A DNA stretch of 64,000 nucleotides, taken from contig CBDCTJ010000007.1 in NCBI GenBank assembly GCA_965222115.1, positions 544,001 through 608,000 on the forward strand. Direction: 5' to 3'. A model generated the notes under the pieces. The model was not told where the DNA came from and made no database searches. It worked only from the letters and a program-made list of their open reading frames with translations. The translations under genes and the position numbers were made by a program. The stretch is from Planctomycetota bacterium (GTDB lineage Bacteria > Planctomycetota > PLA2 > JAEUHO01). This document shows positions 57,620-64,000 of the stretch, in pieces. How positions within the stretch are numbered: position 1 is the stretch's first letter; each line of letters starts with the position of its first letter.

Positions 57620-58279
57620 ATGCCCAATTCGCGCTCGACCCCGCCCTCCCGGCACAGCCCGCCTCCGTGGGCAGACGCCGTTTTGTTGGTGGATAATTAC
57701 GACTCGTTCTCCTACAACGCGCGCGATCTACTTGAGCAACTGGGCGCACGTGTCGTTGTACGTCGAAACGATCAGCTCGCGGTGCGCGACGTCAAAGCGC
57801 ATCCACCGCGCGCCATCGTGCTTTCTCCAGGACCCGGTCGTCCACGAAGCGCGGGCGTGTGCATTGCACTTGTACGTGCGTTGGGCCCCGCGTGTCCGAT
57901 CCTAGGCATTTGCCTAGGCCACCAAGCCATCGCGGAAGCGTTTGGCGGTCGCACGATCCGCGCGGCCCATCCCATGCACGGGCAGGCGAGCGAGATCACG
58001 AGCCTTTCGCGTGGGCTCTTTCGGGATGGGCCCAAACGATTTTTGGCCGCCCGCTATCACAGCCTTGTGGTCGCGCCACATGCAGCGGGGCGCGATTTAC
58101 GTGTGACGTGTCGCAGCAAGGACGGTGAGATCATGGGTCTCGTCCACCGTCGTTACCCCGTTGAAGGTGTGCAATTCCATCCCGAGAGCTACATGACGCC
58201 TTGTGGCCCCGAACTCTTCGAGCGCTTTCTTGTGCGTGCCGGGTTTGACCGCGTTTCAGTTCGCCGCGTCGTCAGGTAA
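57620..58279 (+). CDS. Anthranilate/aminodeoxychorismate synthase component II (TrpG/PabA)
   Basis: VDNYDSFSYN, SPGPG, GICLGHQ, RYHSL and QFHPES motifs. Confidence 0.93.
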   Translation: MPNSRSTPPSRHSPPPWADAVLLVDNYDSFSYNARDLLEQLGARVVVRRNDQLAVRDVKAHPPRAIVLSPGPGRPRSAGVCIALVRALGPACPILGICLGHQAIAEAFGGRTIRAAHPMHGQASEITSLSRGLFRDGPKRFLAARYHSLVVAPHAAGRDLRVTCRSKDGEIMGLVHRRYPVEGVQFHPESYMTPCGPELFERFLVRAGFDRVSVRRVVR

Positions 58280-58290
58280 CGTGGCCGTCT

Positions 58291-59211
58291 ATGATGACCC
58301 CAACACCGTTTTTCGACATTGTGGAAGCTCGCCGCGCCGCCTTGGAAACTACGCTGTGCGTGGGCATTGATCCACGGCCCGAGCGCATGCCTGAGCGTAT
58401 CGTGAAGGAAGCGGGGCCCCACCTTGAAGACATCCTTACACGCTTTGGTATTGAAGTCATCGACCTGACGGATGACCAAGCGGCTTGCTTTAAACCCCAG
58501 ATTGCCTTCTTTGAGCGTCACGGTCTGCCGGGCCTGCGTGCCTTTGCGCGCATCCTTCACTATGCACGCGAACGCGAACTGCCCGTCATTGCCGACGTGA
58601 AGCGTGGCGACATTGGAAGCACGGCCGAAGCGTATGCCGAAGCGTTTCTTGTGCCGGGTGGCGACTTTGAGGTGGGCGCAATCACATTGAATCCCTACCT
58701 CGGTGGCGACTCGTTGGAGCCCTTTGTGAACGCCGCAGCGGTACACAGCAAAGGTCTGTATGTGTTGCTGCGCACGAGCAATCCCGGCGCCAAAGATCTC
58801 CAAGAGTTGGACCTCAAATCGGATGATGGCAAACCTAACGACAAGGGCGGCGAGCGCGTACTTGATCGTGTCGCGACCATGATTGGTCGTTTGGGGCAAT
58901 CGTTCGTGAGTGATAAGACGGGTCTGAGTCATGTGGGGGCGGTTGTCGGGGCTACGGCGCCGGCCGCCTTGACGTCTCTTCGCGCCGCCTTGCCCTCCAC
59001 CCCACTGTTGGTACCCGGGTACGGAGCACAGGGCGCCACGGCTACGGATGTAGCCGCGGCCACACGCGCCGATGGTAGCGGCGCTGTAGTGAACTCTTCA
59101 CGCGGCATCATTCATCCCCAACAACGCGATGGCCAAACCTGGCGTGACGCCGTACGCGCGGCGGCCATGCACGCGCGCGCCGAGTTGTACGAAGCCCAAG
59201 TCACGGTGTAG
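58291..59211 (+). CDS. pyrF: Orotidine-5'-phosphate decarboxylase (subfamily 2)
   Basis: CVGIDP, FKPQIAFF, DVKRGDIGST, RTSNP, PGYGAQG and NSSRGI motifs. Confidence 0.95.
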   Translation: MMTPTPFFDIVEARRAALETTLCVGIDPRPERMPERIVKEAGPHLEDILTRFGIEVIDLTDDQAACFKPQIAFFERHGLPGLRAFARILHYARERELPVIADVKRGDIGSTAEAYAEAFLVPGGDFEVGAITLNPYLGGDSLEPFVNAAAVHSKGLYVLLRTSNPGAKDLQELDLKSDDGKPNDKGGERVLDRVATMIGRLGQSFVSDKTGLSHVGAVVGATAPAALTSLRAALPSTPLLVPGYGAQGATATDVAAATRADGSGAVVNSSRGIIHPQQRDGQTWRDAVRAAAMHARAELYEAQVTV

Positions 59212-59216
59212 CTCGC

Positions 59217-59996
59217 ATGAACATTCAAGTGACATCCTCTGCGTGGTTTGAACGCACCTTTGATCGCGCCTGGCTGGACGTCTACGCCCATCGCAATGAC
59301 CACGAGGCGGTTGAACGCACACCACACATTCAATCGTTACTATCCCTCCGGGCAGGTCAATCCGTTTTGGATGTGGGATGCGGCGCGGGTCGTTACGCTC
59401 GCGCGTTCGCCGCCCGCGGGTTTCGCGTAACGGGCATCGACCTGTCGCGCGACATGATTGAGGAAGCACGTCGCCAGAGCCCCCTACTTCCCGGCGCGCC
59501 GAGTTACATGGTGTGCGATGCACGCCGACTGCCATTTTATGGTCAGTTTGATGCCGCGATTTCCATGTTTACCTCATTTGGGTACTTTGATGCACGCGCC
59601 GATGATCGCGCCATGCTTTCGGGCATCCACCGCGCACTTCGAACCGGTGGCCGTTTGCTGTTGGACTATTTGAATACGCCACAGGTTCGTGCATCGCTGG
59701 TCGCCACGTCGCACGAGGTGACGCCAACATCCGAAACGTGGATCGAGCGGCACATTGACGAGACGTTTCACGATGGTCCGGTTGTGCGTAAGTCGGTTCG
59801 TGTCGTGGATCGCGCCACCGGGCGCGACGCAGTTCATTTCGAAGAACGCGTACGACTCTATACACGCGGCGAACTCGACCGCCTGCTAACCGACGCTGGG
59901 TTTTCGCTGGTGGGAGAACCTCTCGGCGACACCGACGGTCGTGCATGGAATGAACAGGCGCCGCGCTTTGTGCGGGTGGCGATGCGCACCTCGTGA
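59217..59996 (+). CDS. Class I SAM-dependent methyltransferase
   Basis: VLDVGCGAGR, GIDLS and FTSFGYF motifs; overlaps the bshC start. Confidence 0.9.
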   Translation: MNIQVTSSAWFERTFDRAWLDVYAHRNDHEAVERTPHIQSLLSLRAGQSVLDVGCGAGRYARAFAARGFRVTGIDLSRDMIEEARRQSPLLPGAPSYMVCDARRLPFYGQFDAAISMFTSFGYFDARADDRAMLSGIHRALRTGGRLLLDYLNTPQVRASLVATSHEVTPTSETWIERHIDETFHDGPVVRKSVRVVDRATGRDAVHFEERVRLYTRGELDRLLTDAGFSLVGEPLGDTDGRAWNEQAPRFVRVAMRTS

Positions 59997-61648
59997 ATCA
60001 GCCCGCCATACGACGACACGTATTGGCACCTCATGTGGGACCTGCGCCGGGGACCTTTGTTGACGCCTGGTGGAATCGTCATCCGGTGGCCACACGCTGG
60101 CTTACGCCGAGTCCACAAACACCCGAAGCGTGGCGCACCGTGACGAGCAACGCGGTTTCGCGTCCCCTACCTGCCGCACTCGCGGACCAATTGTCTGAGC
60201 GGCAGCGTGCGATGGACACGGGGCCGATCGCCATCAGAAACGCCAGACGACTTGCTGAGCCGCGCACTCGCGTTGTTGTTACGGGTCAACAGCCTAGCCC
60301 GTACGGCGGTGCGCTGCTCGTACTTCATAAAGCGGCGACGGCCGTTTCGCTGGCGAAACACCTCGCGTCCGTACAACCGGATCTTGTCTTCGTACCCTGC
60401 TTTTGGCTCGCCGATGACGATCACGATGTGGACGAGGCGGCGAGTGTAACGGTGCGCAACACGCACGGACAATCCCAACGCGTGCGCATACCGTTCCCGC
60501 GCGATCGCCGCAGCCTTCGGCATCAACCGTTTACGGCCGATCTCGCCGGCACGGTGCATGAAAACGTGCACCAGCTCTTGCCGGCGACGGTGCGTTCACA
60601 TGACGTTCTCACGGCGCTGGCGCCGCGATCCGATGAACCGTATGCCGCGTGGGTAGGGCGTTGCCTTGCAACCTACATGGGCGATAGCGGCCTCGTGGTG
60701 CTTGAGCCCGAGCTACTCGAACCCGAGATCGCTACGCACTATTCGTGGCTACGCGAGTCGTCGCCCGTCATTACAAATGCGATTCGCGATGCGGGTAACG
60801 TGTTTGACCAAGCGGGACTTCCGCAGCCCCTTTCGCCCTCGCAGGCCACGATGCCCTTTTTCATTCGAGACGTCGAGCGCGGTCCTCGGGTACGTCCTCC
60901 ATCTGAGGATGCGTTGCCTACGGCACAAGCGGTTGGGCGTGAACCCTGGCGCTTGAGCGTGGACGTGGTCAGTCGCGTTTTGATGCAAAACAAGACACTG
61001 CCTGTTGTCGCGCATGTTGTGGGGCCCACCGAAATGGCCTATGTGGCGCAAATCGCGGCGGCCGCCGAAGCAACAAACCAGACGCAGCCGCTGGTGTGGC
61101 CACGTATTCATGCGTCTTGGATGGATGCAAAGACCAACGCGCGCATGGAGCAAAGCAACCTGTCGTGGGATTCGTTGTTTCACCCGCCCACCCCACGCGC
61201 GGAGACAGCTCCGGGGTATCAAGCATCCGCTCGTCTAGCAAAGGACGGCGAACCAAAGGACAATGGTGAAGCGGCATCGCGATTGGCATCACAATTAGCG
61301 ACACATCTAGATGAATATTGGCACCGCTTCTTGCTTGAGGTGGATCAAGCGCTGAACGCAAGTCAGCACGCAAAACCTCGGTCCTTGTGGCAAACCCAAC
61401 GCGACGTACTCCACAAGCGTTGGCTCCGAATTCGTAAGATGCTTGAACGCGCGGCGCAGCAAAGTGAGCAATCCGGTGCACGCACCCGCACGCGCGTCAT
61501 GGAGGTCTTGCGCCCGAGAGGTCGCCCGCAAGAACGTGTGGTTTGTCCTTTGTCCCTAGCAGCTCGCCATGGTCTCGAGGTCATTGAAGCGGGGTTGCAG
61601 GCGCTTGACCCCTTGGAACGAAACCACCAAGTGCTGGGCTTCGATTAG
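59993..61648 (+). CDS. bshC: Bacillithiol biosynthesis cysteine-adding enzyme BshC
   Basis: VVTGQQP, FWLADDDHD, GPTEMAY and PQERV motifs. Confidence 0.88.
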   Translation: MNQPAIRRHVLAPHVGPAPGTFVDAWWNRHPVATRWLTPSPQTPEAWRTVTSNAVSRPLPAALADQLSERQRAMDTGPIAIRNARRLAEPRTRVVVTGQQPSPYGGALLVLHKAATAVSLAKHLASVQPDLVFVPCFWLADDDHDVDEAASVTVRNTHGQSQRVRIPFPRDRRSLRHQPFTADLAGTVHENVHQLLPATVRSHDVLTALAPRSDEPYAAWVGRCLATYMGDSGLVVLEPELLEPEIATHYSWLRESSPVITNAIRDAGNVFDQAGLPQPLSPSQATMPFFIRDVERGPRVRPPSEDALPTAQAVGREPWRLSVDVVSRVLMQNKTLPVVAHVVGPTEMAYVAQIAAAAEATNQTQPLVWPRIHASWMDAKTNARMEQSNLSWDSLFHPPTPRAETAPGYQASARLAKDGEPKDNGEAASRLASQLATHLDEYWHRFLLEVDQALNASQHAKPRSLWQTQRDVLHKRWLRIRKMLERAAQQSEQSGARTRTRVMEVLRPRGRPQERVVCPLSLAARHGLEVIEAGLQALDPLERNHQVLGFD

Positions 61649-61709
61649 CATGACGCGCCCCTAGCTCGGACTACCTTCTAGGGCTACGTACAAAGACCCT
61701 GAGGCCTCC

Positions 61710-62459
61710 ATGAGCGTTGAGCTCCCCGACCCCGTTGACATTCTCGCCTTTGGTCCGCATCCCGATGATGTCGAGCTTTGTGCCGGCGGGTTGTTGCTGC
61801 GCGCCACAAAGGCTGGGTATCGCTGCGCCATTGTCGATGCCACCCGCGGTGAAGCGGGAACACGCGGTACACCAGAACGGCGCGCCGATGAAGCGCGGGC
61901 AGCCGCGCAGGTGATGGGTGTAGTGGCACGCGAACAACTCGGCCTTCCGGATGGTCGCGTGAGTATTTCGCTCGAACACGAAGCACCGTTCGTGGAGGCG
62001 ATCCGACGTTGGCGTCCGCGCATTGTTTTGGGTCCCTGTACGCAAGACCGACACCCCGATCACATTGCGGTGGCCGAGTTGTTGCGTCGTGCGTATTACG
62101 GCGCCACGATCGCCAAACGACATCCCGGGGGCCCCCCACCACACCGCAGCGACGCACTGGTCAGTTATTTTGGCCATCTGGAGCCCACTCCCTCATTTGT
62201 GGTGGACGTGTCAGATGTATGGGATGAGAAGCTTAAAGCTGCCAAGTGCTACGCATCGCAGTTTGGCAATGGGAATGCGTCCGAGGGCGTAACCACCAAC
62301 ATCTCGGCCCCCGACTTCTTTCGCCGGTTTGAAGCGCGGTTTGCCTACTGGGGGACGCGCATCGGTGCGGACTATGGCGAGCCATTCTGGATTGATCGCA
62401 TTGTGCCGGTGGATGATGTCGTGACGGCGTTTACCAAACGTGGATGGGCCGTGCTCTGA
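61710..62459 (+). CDS. bshB1: Bacillithiol deacetylase BshB1
   Basis: FGPHPDDVE, TRGEAGTRG, DRHPDH, YASQF and YGEPF motifs. Confidence 0.92.
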   Translation: MSVELPDPVDILAFGPHPDDVELCAGGLLLRATKAGYRCAIVDATRGEAGTRGTPERRADEARAAAQVMGVVAREQLGLPDGRVSISLEHEAPFVEAIRRWRPRIVLGPCTQDRHPDHIAVAELLRRAYYGATIAKRHPGGPPPHRSDALVSYFGHLEPTPSFVVDVSDVWDEKLKAAKCYASQFGNGNASEGVTTNISAPDFFRRFEARFAYWGTRIGADYGEPFWIDRIVPVDDVVTAFTKRGWAVL

Positions 62460-63586
62460 TGCGCATTGGGGTGCTGTGCTATCCCACGTTTGGCGGATCG
62501 GGCGTGGTGGCGACCGAACTCGGGCAAGGCTTGGCCGCCCGCGGTCATGAGATTCATCTCTTCTCCTATGCCTCCCCCGCGCGATTGGGGGGCTTTGATG
62601 AACGCGTGCACTTGCACGAGATTGAAGTCTCCTCGTACCCGCTCTTTCGTTATCCCCCCTACAACGTTGCTCTGACTTCACGATTGGCCGAAGTTGCCGA
62701 AGAAGCCGAACTCGACCTCGTGCACGCCCATTACGCCATTCCGCATTCGATTGCCGCGCTCATGGTGAAGGCGATTCTTCTCCCGCGCCGACTGCCCGTC
62801 GTGACGACGTTGCATGGAACGGATATCACGGTGGTGGGCCAGGAACCTTCTTACGCACGCATTACACGCTACGCATTGCGTGAGAGCGATGCCGTTACCG
62901 CGGTGTCGGACTATCTGAAACAGCAAACGCTGCAGCAGTTTGACGGGCGTGTCGCGATTGACGTGATTCACAATTTCGTGGACGCCGAACGCTTTGCGCC
63001 TGCGCGAGACGAGCGAATTCGCAAGTGTTTTTCGCCCGATGGCGCGCCGGTGCTGATGCACATCAGCAATTTTCGCCCGGTCAAACGCGCTGCGGCGGCC
63101 GTAGATGCATTCGCAGCCGTCCATCGCGAGATCCCGGCCACGCTTGTGATGGTGGGCGATGGGCCGGATCGCGGCGCGTGCGAAGCACGTGCACAGGCCC
63201 TGCGCGTCCGTGACCGCGTGCGATTTTTGGGCGCCCAAACCGAAGTCGAACACCTATTGCCCGCGGCCGACATTTTCCTGCTACCGAGCGAGTACGAGTC
63301 GTTTGGACTTGCCGCCTTGGAAGCGATGTCCTGTGGTGTGGTCCCAATTGCCGCAGCGAGTGGTGGGCTGCCGGAAGTGATCGCCGATGGCGAAACGGGC
63401 TGCTTGGTTCAACCCGACCGACCCGGCGACATGGCGCACGACGCGCTGGCCTTGCTGCGTGCGCCCAAACGTTTGGCTGCCATGAAACGCGCCGCCCGCG
63501 AAGTAGCGATTTCCCGATTCGCGCGCCACACGATTCTGGATCGATACGAACAGCTCTACCAGCGCGTGCTGGACGGTACGTCCTAA
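62459..63586 (+). CDS. bshA: N-acetyl-alpha-D-glucosaminyl L-malate synthase BshA
   Basis: CYPTFGGSGVVATELG, HYAIPH, TTLHGTD, ISNFRPVKR and ESFGLAALEAM motifs. Confidence 0.96.
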   Translation: MRIGVLCYPTFGGSGVVATELGQGLAARGHEIHLFSYASPARLGGFDERVHLHEIEVSSYPLFRYPPYNVALTSRLAEVAEEAELDLVHAHYAIPHSIAALMVKAILLPRRLPVVTTLHGTDITVVGQEPSYARITRYALRESDAVTAVSDYLKQQTLQQFDGRVAIDVIHNFVDAERFAPARDERIRKCFSPDGAPVLMHISNFRPVKRAAAAVDAFAAVHREIPATLVMVGDGPDRGACEARAQALRVRDRVRFLGAQTEVEHLLPAADIFLLPSEYESFGLAALEAMSCGVVPIAAASGGLPEVIADGETGCLVQPDRPGDMAHDALALLRAPKRLAAMKRAAREVAISRFARHTILDRYEQLYQRVLDGTS

Positions 63587-63703
63587 CTTTGACTACCTAA
63601 AAATCGGCGTATGTGTCCGAATTTCAGGGAAATGCACCCATCGGCGTATAACCCGCATACGATTGGCACCCCTCCCATGGCGATTTGAGGTGATCCCCTC
63701 AGT

Positions 63704-64000
63704 ATGAACGCGCCCGATCACGCATTTCGCACCTACCTCAAAGAGATACAGCGCCACGATCTCCTAACGCCCGAAGAAGAACAGGCCCTGGGCAGACGTA
63801 TTCAACGCCAACACGTAGACCACATTGACGCCATGGAAGCGCGCCACGAGATGATTCTCGCCAACCTTCGGTTGGTGGTCTCGATTGCCAAGCGCTACGT
63901 GGGCCGCGGCATGGCCCTGTCAGACCTCGTCGAAGAGGGCAACGTGGGGCTCGTGCACGCGGTCGAGAAGTTTGATCCCGAAATGGAGGTGCGCTTTTCG
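63704..64000 (+). CDS. Sigma70-family (RpoD/RpoS-type) sigma factor, truncated by the window end
   Basis: Manual translation: MNAPDHAFRTYLKEIQRHDLLTPEEE..ANLRLVVSIAKRY..DLVEEGNVGLVHAVEKFDP. Confidence 0.9.
   Translation, partial: MNAPDHAFRTYLKEIQRHDLLTPEEEQALGRRIQRQHVDHIDAMEARHEMILANLRLVVSIAKRYVGRGMALSDLVEEGNVGLVHAVEKFDPEMEVRFS

Overview
High-GC bacterial chromosomal segment around the probable replication origin (dnaA-oriC-dnaN-dciA-gyrB). The gene content suggests a Planctomycetota-like organism, which is an inference only. Most genes are housekeeping: thiD, purB, aceE, a frameshifted carB, htrA, xdhC, plsC, kdsC, tatA/B, iscS-like, trpG/pabA, pyrF, bshC-bshB1-bshA and a partial sigma70. 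No rRNA, tRNA, CRISPR array or transposase was recognised. The most striking feature is a ~5 kb lower-GC block (~34050-39030). It begins inside a degenerate-kinase/STAND/TPR/GAF/histidine-kinase/receiver gene, carries a small secreted protein, and ends inside a sigma54 activator gene. Both reading frames stay intact, and the left flank is C-rich while the right is G-rich, as expected of a swappable or hypervariable signalling cassette. Other notable items are a candidate ECF-driven CU-rich sRNA, a ScpA-Fmt fusion, a ceramidase-like/C45/alpha-beta hydrolase triple fusion, a 31-aa Gly-repeat fibre protein, a giant Lpt-like protein and a possible N-methyl-bacillithiol operon.
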